DNA from: Podarcis bocagei
Taxonomy: Eukaryota
Length of the DNA: 64,000 nt
Direction: 5' to 3' (one strand)
Assembly (NCBI GenBank): GCA_964188305.1
Contig: OZ076901.1
The notes beneath the pieces are model-generated. The model saw nothing but the letters and a program-made list of their open reading frames with translations, did not search any database and was not told the origin of the DNA. A program made the position numbers and the translations under genes. Below, one piece after another: positions 11,902-25,038 of this stretch (positions are counted from its first letter, which is position 1; the number at the start of each line of letters is the position of its first letter).

Positions 11902-12242
11902 CTTTGGTCCAGTATTTCTGAAGGAGCATCTCCACCCCCATCATTCAGCCCAAACACTGAGGTCCAGCGCCGAGGGCCTTCTGGCGGTTCCCTTACTGTG
12001 AGAAGCGAAGTTACAGGGAACCAGGCAGAGGGCCTTCTCGGTAGTGGCACCCACCCTGTGGAACGCCCTCCCAGCAGATGTCAAAGAGAAAAACAACTAC
12101 CAGACTCTTAGAAGACATCTGAAGGCAGCCCTGTTTAGGGAAGCTTTTAATGTTTGATGCATTACTGTATTTTAATATTTTGCTGGAAGCCGCCCAGAGT
12201 GGCAGGGGAAGCCCAGCCAGATGGGTGGGGTATAAATAATAA

Positions 12243-12281
<39 letters not shown>
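11902..12281 (+). mobile_element. L2-clade LINE 3' end with (GAT)n tail
   Basis: Encodes RAFSVVAPTLWNALP. The tail is a (GAT)n microsatellite at 12243-12281. Confidence 0.88.
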
Positions 12282-12285
<4 letters not shown>

Positions 12286-13531
12286 TAGCCAGCATGGCTA
12301 ATAGCCATAGCTAGCCTTACCCACCATTAATGTGTTTAACCCTATTTGAAAGCCATCCAAGTCAGCAGCCATCACTACCTGACTGTAGCTATATCGGTGC
12401 AAGGCACTCTGCACTGTCACTTAAAGGATGAAGTGAAAAGAATCTCCGACAGAAGGCTGGGAAAAGATCTACCTCTGCCAAAAACCTTGGGAGAGTTGAT
12501 GCTGGTCAGAATAGACAGCGTTGGACAGGATGGTCCTGCAGCCTGACTCCATATGAGACACCTCATGTGTACATCATCACAATAAACCTTGCAGCAACCC
12601 CATAAGGTGGGTGAAAGCTATACCCCAATATCACAAGTTTCTGGGGAGGCAGAAATGCATAGTAGCATAATAAATCCTTGCCACACACAGCCTATATCGA
12701 TGCTCTGGAGAAATGTTGCTTCCCTTCTCCATTTGTCCCGTCAACTCTTTGCTTTCATGATGCATAACTCAACTTGGTGCAACATCTGCTTTTCAGTAAT
12801 GAGCTATCATTCTCATCCTTGAACAATTATACCCATTAATACGTGTCACCTATCTATCCAGGGGAAAAAGGAAAAAAATCTCAGCCCTTTATTACTATAC
12901 AGCCTAAGTATTTGGGTATTCTTTTATGATAAAGCCGCATTATCCAACAACAACCAGAACAATGTAGCAGATAGATTGTTGGACAGATGAGATAGACCAA
13001 ACTCACTTTTGCAGGTCACCTCAGATCCCCAATTATATTTAGATGATAGACTTCCAGCAGTCTAGGAGTGATTTCCTCTATACTGTACCAAAGAACTGTG
13101 AACTACCGTTTAGGGCTAAGGATGTATTTAGAAGGGTACGCAGCACACTCATCAAACTACAATTGTTATGGGAGGATAAAGCACTGGTTAATTTTTAGCA
13201 AAAAGGGGTGTTGAGGCTCACTCCTGGATACAGAATTATTTGATCTAATCCCCTAATCCCTGATGTACAAGGACACTCTCTGCTTACTTAAAATGCACTC
13301 TGAACATCTCCAGGAGCATAAATCAATAAAAAACAGAAAACAGAAAAACATTCTAAAGCACCCACCATTAAATCCAGAGTCATGCACTTAGTAGATCCCA
13401 AGATGCTGTCTGAAATTAAGTCTTCACTTGAAATCTAAAATCTGATTAAGTAGGGGGTAACATGAGTCTATTGGAAGAGCAAGTTTCAGCATGTTGGTGC
13501 CACAGCTAAAAAGACTATATTGTATCACCAT

Positions 13532-13835
13532 TAGTGATGGGTGAATCTGCCAGTTTTGGTTTCTCTCAGTTTCTCCTTTTTCCTGTCTTAGTTCAGTTCT
13601 CCACATTTATTTATTTTTTAAAATGTAAAAAAATAAATAAATCTTCCTGAAAATTCACCAGTGTTTCAGTGTGAATTTATACACATTACTTGATTGGCAA
13701 ACTGCATTGCAAATTTCAGAAAACTGCAAATTTTGGAAGATGGCAACATTTTTGGTTCACAAATTGTTTTGGGAACTGTGAATTAGGTACAGCCACCTTT
13801 AAATGAGCACTGAATCAAATTTCCCTCCATCTTTA
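13532..13835 (+). mobile_element. Old non-autonomous DNA element with TAG(G/T)GATGG-like ends (hAT/Ac-like)
   Basis: Related reverse-orientation copies at about 1110-1680 (split by MITE B) and 44845-45123. Confidence 0.55.
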
Positions 13836-15690
13836 AGTTCCCTACCTTGTATTCCCAGACTGTGGAATACTACCTTGCATTCCCATGCTTAGGAAACTGT
13901 TCCACGAGATGAGGGAGTGGACTTATTTAATTGGTGAAATCTTGCATTAAAACACAACAGTACTCGAGGAAAAATGTGCTTTGGGGAAACAGTAATACAG
14001 CGATACAGCATTTTCTAAGAGCAAGCCAATCAGAAAGGTAACACAAGGTACAGCAGCAGGACACAGGGGTAAAATAAACAAGAAAAAAACTAATCCCAAA
14101 GAAGGGCAATGTGAGAAAATTATGGCACACAACTAAAATATAAGAGGGCAAGCTTGTGACATAACCAGGAGGAGGGTAACATGGATATTTATGTGCATGT
14201 ATTTGATGTGGTAACAAGCTGGACCACAGAACAGTCCAAGCATCTATCAGAATAGTGAATACACAAGTGCACTGGGAAGCAGCACAAATTATCACCAAAA
14301 CTAACTTATCTTAACTGAAATGGGAATCTTGGTTCACTTTCTTATTTGCTTTGGTTGCAAGCAAACCCAAAGGCACCGGCATTCCTTTAATTTGCACAAC
14401 TTAGCTGTCCTGGCCTTTCCTGCCCTGAGATGCCTGGGGGGAAATTGCAAATGTGAGTGGAGGGAGGGGGAGATTCCCCACCGCACTCCCCCAGGTTGAT
14501 CAGACAGACAGGCTAGTTATCCAGCTGCCCTCTGCTAGTGAGAGATCCGGCGCTTCCTGCCAGCCCACGCACCGCGGGCTAATTGACATGACATATTGAC
14601 TGGCACTCTTCCGGGGAAGCGGGCAGGAAGGACTGCGCATACCATTCCAGCTCGGCAATAATTACTGATTAAAAACTAGTTAAAAGGCAATGAAGACTGA
14701 AACGTACATTAAACCAAACGACCCTCATCTATAGCAAAGCCACAGATAGATTGGCGCGATTATGAAATCATCGCTTAAAATGTCTACAAACATTAATGGC
14801 TGTTTGAATTTCCCAGAGATTTATGGGGAAAGAGCGGCTAATTTCACCTGGGCTGCTGCTTTCCCTTCCTGTGCTGCTGCCACAGCCCTTGATGCAAAAC
14901 CCACAGACAGTTGCCTTTGTTTGTATGCATGTCTTGAATCCCTGGGCCTGCAAAATACACCGTCTTCTATTTTTAAGCCTGCATAATTAAATCCTTTGCT
15001 TCATTGTTTTGTAAATGGAAAATGACACCAGTAGCAAAATTAATAACTTTAGAGATGTACCAGGAAGCCAGTGTGCTCTCTGTGTTTCTTGCCGCAAGTG
15101 AAATGTTCATTAATGCTAAGGGTATAATAAGCTGCTTCTCCCCTCTGAGTCCCTCGCCCCCTCCTTCTTTCCCCATCATTTAGGAAGTTTTAGTGTTTGT
15201 GTGTATAGTATCTGGCTAATTTGGGGTCATTATCTCAGCAGTCACTTTGGGGCACCTCGGTGCCTTGATTTGAGACAAGCATTCAATCTTTTCTCTTCCT
15301 CCAATTTAAAACACAGCGGTGAACAAAACCTAAAGAGCCCTCCTGTACCAGTGTGTGCAATCAAATTTAGTCGAAATAAACATTCAGATGACTTGGCCAG
15401 ACCGGCTGGAACAAAGGCTCATCTGCTTCCACATAGCTCGCACTCGGCACCAGCGGGGTCAGCCCCACCCCAGGAGCAACAACTCTTCATCAAATCAGAT
15501 AAAGGTAATCAAGGTAACTAGAAAGCTGTGAGGCTTGGTAGTTCAGAGGTCAAACTACAAGCAAGCAACGCAAATCTCAACTCTCTGCTTTTTAAATAGT
15601 GGTTTGAGAGAGATTTCACCCCTATGGTGCACCCATCTTTCTTCTGTCCCTATAGCCTATCTCAGACAGCAATTATCCAGAAACTGAGTA

Positions 15691-15916
15691 CAGTGGTACC
15701 TCGGGTTACAGACGCTTCAGGTTACAGACTCCGCTAACCCATAAATAGCGCTTCAGGTTAAGAACTTTGCTTCAGGATGAGAACAGAAATCGGGCTCCGG
15801 CGGCGCGACAGCAGCAGGAGGCCCCATTAGCTAAAGTGGTGCTTCGGGTTAAGAACAGTTTCAGGTTAAGAACAGACCTCCGGAACGAATTAAGTACTTA
15901 ACCCGAGGTACCACTG
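15691..15916 (+). mobile_element. MITE family A
   Basis: TIR CAGTGGTACCTCGGGTTA and TA TSD. Retains CpGs, suggesting a young copy. Confidence 0.93.
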
Positions 15917-15929
15917 TATGTGGATGGTG

Positions 15930-16300
15930 TCCTGGGTTCACCTCAAGGACCACCTCTCCCCATATGAACCAACCCAGACCCTGCAGTCATCATCCATGAG
16001 ATGTCCGGAGGGTGGCAACATGAGAGCGAGCCTTTTCTGCGGTGGCTCCCCATTTGTGGAACACTCTCTCCAGAGCAGCTCACCTGGCTCCTACATTACC
16101 GATTTTTAAGCACCAGATGAAAAGGTTTCTCTATAACCAGGTCTTTGGATGATTAAACCTTTTGGGGCCTTTAAACTCTACAAAGGAAGGTTATTGGTTG
16201 GTTTGTTTTTATGTATTTTGTGTGGGTGGGGGTTTTTTGTATTTTTATGTTGTGAGCTGCCTTGTGGTCTACAGATGAAGGGCGCTACACAGATTTAATA
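15930..16300 (+). mobile_element. Degenerate L2 3' end
   Basis: HLKDHLSPYEP motif, a GCCTTTTCTGCGGTGGCTCCCCATTTGTGGAAC segment and an L2-type 3' UTR. Confidence 0.65.
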
Positions 16301-17328
16301 AATATATAAAGGAATAGGCTTAAGATGCAGATTGTGCATTTATATTTAATAATCAATTTTTAATAAAAGAAGAGGCATATACCAGCTTCCTCATGAAATT
16401 CTGAGCAGGCAGGTCTGTAGAAGGCAAACTGGCAACATCTGATCAGCATATAGAAATTGCAACCCAGATATCGTTTTTCCATGGATGGTAATCTTTATTA
16501 AGCGACTCACTGCCCTCTTTACAATCAGCGAGGAAAGGTATCATTCAATAGCTGATTTGACAGACAGGCCTGGTTTGCATGCAGCGCCAAACTACGGTTT
16601 AATGCAGCTGTAGGGAACCTTTGGTGCTGAATGATGGTGCTGAATTACAACTCCCATCATCCCTGGACTTCAGCCACACATCCAGAGGCTGATGGGGATT
16701 GTGGTTTTAGAACAAAGATTCACCATAACTGTATTAAAGGATTATGGTCAGACCTACAGAGACTTTGGTCTTTCCGATTTTGCCCATCTCAAACCCCCAT
16801 CAGCCCGGCCAGAAGAGCTAGTGGCCAGGGAAGATGTAAGTCATCTTCGGGAAGACTGAAAGTTCCCCATTCCTGGCTTTTTGTTACATGCACGAGCATC
16901 TAGTGAGACAAAGAGGAAAGTATCAGAAGTGTTCGTTTCCATTTTTAACTATCCATGGTTATCTGCTGTGACCAAACTGAGGACTGCAGTTATTTTACTA
17001 CAGATTAGAGCACAGAAATGGGGCTAGCAGTACATTTTGGGGGTGGGGGAGCCAGGATCATTAACCACCGTTTGAAGTTTGCTTGCTTGCCAAAACTAAA
17101 AGTAGGGAATATGGGCCCTCCAGATGTTAGACTCCAACTCTCATCAGCTCCAGCCAGTAGAGCCAGTGTTCAAGGATGATGGGATATGTATTCCAGCAAC
17201 ATCTTGACTGCCCTGAGTCCCCATGCCTGCCCCAAACCATAGTTAACACAAATCATATTTTGACCAAGTTCAAACATAACAAGTAACCATGGTTATGTGA
17301 TAATGAACCTCCCTGCAGGCTGTTCATC

Positions 17329-17585
17329 AAGAAGAAGAAGAAGAAGAGTTTGGATTTGATATCCCACTTTATCACTGCCCTAAGGAGTCTCAAAGCGGCT
17401 AACATTCTCCTTTCCCTTCCTCCCCCACAACAAACACTCTGTGAGGTGAGTGGGGCTGAGAGACTTCAGAGAAGTGTGACTGGCCCAAGGTCACACAGCA
17501 GCTGCATGTGGAGGAGCGGGGACGCGAACCCGGTTCACCAGATTACGAGTCCACTGCTCTTAACCACTACACCACACTGGCTCTC
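17329..17585 (-). mobile_element. Squam3-like tRNA-derived SINE
   Basis: Minus strand begins GAGAGCCAGTGTGGTGTAGTGGTTAAGAG and ends in a (TTC)n tail. Near-identical copies at 37637 and 47899. Confidence 0.88.
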
Positions 17586-19769
17586 AAAGGAGGAGGAGAG
17601 AGGCGTGCTCCTCTAGAGCCAAATTATGATTTAGTATTACACTAATTGCTTTGAGCAATCTATGGGACTTAGTCACAATAAACTTAAATCCCATTTATTT
17701 CAGTGGGACTATTCCAAATACGACAAAGTCTGGATCTGACCCAAACTGTCCATAGCAAACAAGTTGGATGAATAGTCAAACACTTCTCAACCAACTTTAT
17801 TCTCAGCTTGGTATCAGGAGTGGGGGGTGAGCGTTCATCTCTCCCTCTCAAACTATTATGTGGGTGTTGTCACATTAGCAATGCCATCATCTTACCCTGA
17901 TTAACTGCTGACCAGTTTCTTTACTGCACAAGGGGAAAACATACATTAGGAATAGATACCACTTTAATATACATGCTGTCACATTGGGGGAAATGAACTT
18001 GAAATATATCATTTGACGTCAAACTGGAAAATTCTGCTTGAAAATTCCTGTAGCACCTAAACTGAAATGTCACAATATTCAGTATCATCCACACTCTGCT
18101 TCCCCTAAAATATCCTGGGAACTGCAGTTCCACCCACTGCACTATAATTCCCAGCGCCCTTAACCAACTAGTTTCCTTGATTCTTTGGGTGCTTTAAATG
18201 TATGGAATGGGACCAACCAGAATCTTAGTGTATTTACTACTAAATTATATAGCAGAAGTAGGAAGGGGAGGCATCCTGGAAATTCTGGGATGGTTATAAA
18301 TGCAGGCAGTTTGTCAAGTTTCTGAATTAAGACATAATCATGGTGGCTTATAATTGCTAATAAAAAAAACCCACCTCAAATAAATTAGTGGATCCCTATA
18401 GGACAAAAATGATGCTTTGCTCAAACAGTTATTCCCTTGTATGTTCTTTCCCCCTGCAGAACATGCCATCATGATTGATTGACTTGAGCTCTGAGAATAT
18501 CCATTTCCCATTACTTCAACTCACACACTTTGCTCTGAATAGGAGGGGAAGGAGAGGTTCCCCCCTCATTGCACCCCTCCTCTTGTAACAGGCCTGCCTG
18601 GTGCTGATATATTGGGAAGGAGGAAACCAGGAGAATAGGGACTTGCTCTAATGATAAAACTATAGCAATTTGGCTCTTCAGAGGATAATCCCCTGTTCAC
18701 ACTTAACTCAAGGTTGCCACAGTGAGAGAGAAAACATGACCCGGTTTAGAGGCCCTCATCCCCCGCCTTTCGTCTTCTTCTTGAGAACTACTGTATTTGA
18801 TAACCAACCCAACAAGGACACTACAGTAGGCAGCTCCCCTGCTGGAAAAAGGAGAGAGAAGTGCGCCTCTCTCTTACACTGTAATTTACGGACAAAGAGA
18901 AAAGAAAAGGATTGTACTGTACAGTTTGTCAAATTGGCTCAAATGAGACCATTTTTGTTTTCTCCCTCTCTCTTAAAAGTTAATGCATCGGCGCCTGTTT
19001 TGACAGAGGCTGAACTCGCCGCTGGCTTCCATTTGGCTCCTCGCTCAAAGCTAATTAGGACGTCTAGGTTGGCCTGCGCTAAGTGCTCACACAGCTTTGG
19101 AGGTACTTAACCTGGCTTAGGGATTCAATCAGGAGTGACCCCTGGGGCTGGCGACGCGTCCCATCTCCCTGGCAGCAGCCTTCCGCTGGCTGCTCAAAGA
19201 GACACAATCCTCCCAAAACCGCTGGCTTGCTGACACTGATATGCCTCACAGCCACACTGCTGCTGCTGCCACAGTCTTTGTGGCACAAAGGTTTCAAAGG
19301 CCTGTTAACAAGGCCTGGCAAAACAATCTGGGTGATTTGGTGGGCACCCAGCGGACGCACTATGTCTGCGCAGCTTTGTAGGCACGAGTAAGTCTTATTT
19401 TTCCTACCCAAATATCAATTTCTTTGCCTAGGCAAACTGTTTTGTTTTCAAGGTTGACCAAAGACTCCTGGGAGGATGTTCTAGGGATCATAGGGCTGAC
19501 TGGATCTCCCTCTCATAGAGACAAAAGGAAGTTGCTGGTTCAGCTAACTCAGTATTGTCCACAGTGACTGACAGGTGCTCTCTAGGGTTTCAGGTACTTC
19601 CAGCTGTACCTAGAGATGTTGGGGATTGGAACTGGAACCTCCTGCATGTAAATCAGATGCTCCGGCATTGAGATTCCCCTTCTCCAGTACTGGAGGAAGA
19701 CCTGAGATCAGAGCTTCAATGTTGGTATGGCCAAAATGGAGACTAATGGGGCAGTAAGGACAGAAGACA

Positions 19770-20080
19770 ATTCTGTGCGATCAGGCCAATGGCCCATCGA
19801 ATCCACCATCCTGTTCTCTTAGTAGCCAACCAGATTTTTGTGGGAAGCTTGCAGGCCAGACATGAGCACAACAGGATTCTTCTCACCTGTGATTCTGAAC
19901 AGCAGAGACAAGAGTGTAGCCCTTGTGGCTAGTAGCCATTGGTAGTCTTGTTCTCCCGTGAATTTTCTAATTCTCTTTTAAAGCCATCCAGTTTGGTGGC
20001 CATCACTGCCTCCGTTGGGAGTGAGTGCCGCAGTTTAACTGTGCTGCAAGGAAAACTTTCTTTTCTGTCCAACGTCCAGC
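19770..20080 (-). mobile_element. Old CR1 3' end
   Basis: Residual SLPTEAVMATKLDGFKRELE, resembling the CR1 ORF2 C-terminus. Confidence 0.65.
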
Positions 20081-23008
20081 AGTTCAGAGGCAAGCCAGGG
20101 GAGGACCAGGAACTTGGAAGCAATTTGATCTGAAGGATTCAACTGTCCAAGTTCCCTGACCCACCCCTAAACCAGGATCAAATTTCGACAGGCTCAGAAA
20201 CATGTCTCAATCTCTCACTCCTTTAAAAAGCCTTTTTAAAAAATTAATGCAAGGATAGTTTAATCACAGCATGGTGCAGGATTTTCCCACCGAAGTACAT
20301 TTGAATTTTGTTTCCCACCTGCCAAATAAAAAAACCCTTCACTTAGGATTGCAGCTTAAGGAGCCTAAATTCTGATATTACCTCTTAAAAAATACACCCC
20401 TAGCTGGTGTGAGTGGGTGTTACTACAGACCAATTTCTCTTCTCAAAAGCTGTTGAGATTCTTGTGCCTCCTTTGCAATGAATTTGCAAAGATGTAAGAT
20501 GATGTAAGAGCTCCAAGGGTGAGCAGGCAGCACTGACAGGAACACACCTCACCGATACACACTTTTATTGCAGAGGAGAAGCGGGAAGGATTTCAGAGCA
20601 GGAGAAAGAAGATTTCACCTCTTTAGCCTTTCAAAACGGAGACCAGAAGAAAACTAGCAAACTTCAATATGTAAAGCAAGGGCCAAGGCCTTTCACAATC
20701 ACTGCTTCTGTGCACTTGCTGAGAAAAAAATGGCAACTTCAAAAAAATCAATAAAAATACATAGCTAAGTGAAGTTCATCTGCCCCCCCAAACAGAAGGC
20801 CTGCTCCCCCCCCCACAAAAATCCTAGCTACGCCCATGTTGGGTCTCCAGCTGTTTTTGGACTACAACTCCCATCATCCCTAGCGACCAGAACCAGTGGT
20901 CAAGGATGATAGGAACTGTAGTCCAAAAACAGCTGGAGACCCAGGTTTGGGAAACACTAGTCTAATCCTTTATTTTGAATGCCATCTAAACTGGTGGAAA
21001 TTAGGAAGCTTATACCAAGCCAGGCCATTGGTTTGTCTGGCTCTGTGTCATCTGACCTGGTTGCCAGCGCTCTCCAGGGTTTCAGACAAGGGTCTTCTCC
21101 CAGACCTCCCTGGAGCTGCTAGGGCTTGAAACCTGGGGCCTTCTGCACACAAAGCAAATGCTCTCCCACTGAGCCATGCGCCTTCCAGCTCCATCTGAAT
21201 GATAACGTCCTTTGCTGGTGGCTGCAGGACAGCCAGGACCTACACACGGCTTACACAGGAAAATATATTACTGCTGAGGTTTATAACATACCACAGCCAC
21301 GGCCGGAGAGATTTATGCACTGCCTCTATTGAGTCTGTAATCGTCGAAAGGTGATGTCAAAATAACGACGAGACCCTGATTTATGCTGACAAAAGAGCCA
21401 GTAAAATATCGGTGTGGCAGACAGAATGGGTGTTCGGGGCTGAGGCTAACCAAAACAGACTGGATCCTATCGGTTTTCCTGGTGTATTAATAACTGGAGT
21501 AACATGCAATCACAATCCGCTACGCCACTGCGTGTGAAAACACTGTCTGGCAGAATCACCACCTTTGCCTATGTGATGCAAAGTATTCTCATTAATTGAC
21601 AGATATAGATCGCCATAACCACCCTGGCCCAGCTGCCACCTGGACCCCTCCTCTCAAACATAATCAACAGCTGAGCAACAGCACTAAGCAAAAAAAATAC
21701 TGGTGACGAAGGGGGCAGAGGGGTCAAAGTAGATTTCACCATGTGTGTCTTTGTCCCACATGAGAATTCTGAAAACCAAACCACCATATATTTTACTCCT
21801 GCTGAAGCACACCCTATTGATTTTGATGATGTTAACTTTTCAAGGAAGCACACCTAGGATTGCTGCCTTATTATTTCTGTCTGGTTTATAATCTGTTTAT
21901 CATTCACATATTATAAAAAATGCCTTTCTTTCAAGTAACCTCCGGGGTCCAACCACAGAGTCAGAGGCCCAAATACTTCCAGGGGGCAGTTTCCCCACCC
22001 TCCCAAACACAGTCCAATGAAAGGTTAAGCACTCTGATATCCCAGTGATTACAATGGGAGAGGTTTCAGTGTCTGCTTAACTTTTGCCATTGATAGAAAC
22101 AGGATTTTTTAAAGCACATGTTCTGACTGGATTGTACTCTCCAGTTTTGAGTATTTCTAGTGAGAAAAGTACCCCCTCCATACACACACACACACACATT
22201 TCAAATATTAGCACTATTGCTAAAGCATTCATTCAGAGCGGATCACCAACCACATTTATTTATTGTTTGTTTGTTAACAAAAGTGAAGAAATTCAACCAT
22301 TCCCCTGCAAAATAATCAATCCCTCTTTGCACAGTTCCTGACAACTTTCAGTTTATAAGTATATAAACTCCATCAAGATCTCCATCAAGGCTAATCTCCA
22401 TCCACAAATCTTTCCCAAATCTAGCAACTGTTAAACAAGCAGCCATAAGTAGTTGTCTGATGAATTCCTTACATTGTACAGCCAACTACCATTTTATGCA
22501 AGGGATCTGTTCTGGCCCCTGTGTGCGTCATTGGAGCACTTATAAACATGCTCCACCCCATTCTGCCCTTTTTGTGATGTGTTGAGTGATGTTTGGGGGC
22601 CATTTTGGGGTTCAGCGCTGTGTGCGCATCTTGCAACAGTTTGCAGCACATGTTCCAGCACAGGGTCTAGACCAACACCAATCTTCTATTTCCATTTCAA
22701 AGTCATTTCCCCATAACACTTTTAAAACTTGATAATTCACCAAAATCCTTGTCTAGCGAAAGAGTGGAGACTAAACCCTTCAATGCTGAACAAGCAGATT
22801 CAATTGGCTTTTCAAAAAAGGTACGTTGCCCTCAAGCCTGCTCTTGTATTTTATTTTATTTTTGCTAGAAATATAGTACTCACTTGTCTCCACTGAGACC
22901 AGTTTAAAGGTAAGTTTCCTATTATTACTTTCATTTACTAACAACATGTAAACATTCAGCATTTAAAGGGGAATGTGGGCTGCTAACTATGTTGATCCCA
23001 CACACATA

Positions 23009-23188
23009 CTGTATTTACTCGAATCTAATGCTCACCTTTTTTGGCCAAATTACATTGCAAAAATTAAGGTGTGCCTTAGATTTGATGGCACATTTACAAT
23101 CGCCAGCAAATACTTTTTTTGCTTCCAAGGTTCTGAAAATTGAGGTGCGCATTAGATTCGATGGCACATTAGACTCAAGTAAATACGG
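23009..23188. mobile_element. Tc1/mariner-type MITE, family C
   Basis: TIR C(C/T)GTATTTACT(C/T)GA(A/G)TCTAATG and TA TSD. Second copy at about 62430-62614. Confidence 0.85.
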
Positions 23189-24281
23189 TACATATCCCTG
23201 GCGGAATGAAGCTAGTCCGAAGAGCAAAAGATTACAGCAGTATTTATATCAGGGCAGGGGTGGAAAACCTTTTTGAGCCCGAGGGTCATATTTCCTTCTG
23301 GGAAACCTTTCAAGGGCCACATGCTGGTGACAGGGGCAGAGGAAAAAGTGGAAGGGGCAAGTAACATAAATGTTAACTTTGCACCATAGGCTAGTTTCTA
23401 CATGCACGTATCAGAATCAAGGACTCATTCCAGCCAGGCAAACACACTTTGGGTTTGAAGCAGGGTCACTGAGGTATGTGGCTTGAGGAAAGTGCTGAGG
23501 GCCAGAGAGAGGCCTGGGGGCCAGATTCAGCTCCCCATCCTTGCCTTAGAGTCAGAAGGAGTTTCAAAACCAGGACCCAACACATCAGTCTGCCACAGAC
23601 TGACCCTCTTATATTTTCATAGAGAAAAGCAGGGATGCTTTGTTGACTGAGTGGATTTTGGCTAGGGACAAAGTCTGGGAGCTCAACTGGCACAGGCTGG
23701 GATGGTGGGTCAACACAATGCCACAATGCCAGGCCAACAAAATCCATACCCAAATGAGCTTCGAATATGGCAGTAACGAAAAATGCTGAATGATCAAAAG
23801 TAGATGGTTCCAGATGACAAAATCACTGAAGTGAGCTTCACGACACACTACATGGCATGTAAAATAAAATATGTTTGGCTCATACCATTTTGAGGGCACT
23901 GGCCCCACTTCAAAGGACTAGCCAGTAGGTTCATGGCAGAGCTCTGAAGCAGAAATAACAAAGAAAATGGTGCACCTGCGCATACACAGAGGGCTTTCTT
24001 ACTACAGTCTTTCCACAGAATTCAAGAAAGGCTTACAGAAGTGATCATATATCTGCCACACAGATTAAAAAGCCCAGCACCTCCTCTTTTGTTTTTTAGG
24101 AATTCAGCACTGACACCCCACACCTCTACTAACCAGCAAGCTAGAACCAGAGGACACATCGAGACAACATTCAATAATTCTATACGGTTTTCTTTACTTC
24201 CAGCCTATTTCAAATCCTTTCCCATCACATTTTCAAGACGTGTGATTACCTTTGAAGGTGACTTGGAAACAACAACTAAGC

Positions 24282-24712
24282 CAGAATGCAGCAGCTAGAC
24301 TGGTGACTGGGAGTGGCCACCGGGACCATATAACACCAGTCCTAAAGGATCTTCACTGGCTCCCAGTATGTTTCTGAGCAAAATTCAGTATGTTGGTGCT
24401 GACCTTTCAAGCCCTAAACGGCCTTGGCCCAGTATACCTGAAGGAGCACCTCCATTCCCATTGTTCAGCTCGGACACTGAGGTCCAGCTCCGAGGGCCTT
24501 CTGGTGGTTCCTCACTGCAAGAAGCAAAGTTATAGGGAACAAGGCAGAGGGCCTTCTCGGTAGTGGCACCCTCCCTGTGAAATGCCCTCCCTTCAGATGT
24601 CAAGGAAATAAACAACTATCTGACTTTTAGAAGACATCTGAAGACAGCCCTGTATCAGGAAATTTTTAATGTTTGATATGTGCTGTAAGCCGCCCAGAGT
24701 GGGCAGGGTATA

Positions 24713-24764
<52 letters not shown>
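24282..24764 (+). mobile_element. L2-clade LINE 3' fragment with (ATT)n tail
   Basis: Encodes QNAAARLVTGSGHRDHITPVLKDLHWLPV and RAFSVVAPSL. The tail is (ATT)n. Confidence 0.9.
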
Positions 24765-24766
<2 letters not shown>

Positions 24767-24902
24767 ATTGTCTCTCCAAGGACTAGAAACTTAGTTTTCA
24801 AAAACAAGAGGCGTTGGGGTTTGTTTGTTTGTTAACCTGTACTCACAGTCTTTTTACCAAGTGCTTTGGGAGTTGCAATTCTTTAGTCTGTATTCTTTAA
24901 GG

Positions 24903-25038
24903 CAGCATTTCCCAACCTTGGGCCTCCAGCTGTTTTTGGACTACAACTCCCATAATCCTCAACTAGCAAGACCAGGGGTCAGGGATGATGGGAATTGTAG
25001 TTCGAAAACAGCTGGAGGCCCAAGGTTGGGAAACACTG
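24903..25038. mobile_element. Palindromic hAT-type MITE
   Basis: Near-perfect 136-bp hairpin with 8-bp TSD CTTTAAGG at 24895-24902 and 25039-25046. Relatives at about 17100, 20840, 35438-35575, 46220-46425 and 61110. Confidence 0.9.

Larger units (their letters stand above)
11295..12385 (-). mobile_element. Old CR1 3' end split by L1-like and L2 insertions
   Basis: CTGCTGGATCAGG...CAGCATCCTGTTCTC...CCAAAAGCAGG...AAGCCATCCAAG segments are shared with 19770-20080 and 34335-34535. Confidence 0.6.

Noticed and set aside
18670-19411. ORFs of 102-146 aa
   Set aside because: Mostly non-ATG starts, no domain resemblance and no exon structure.
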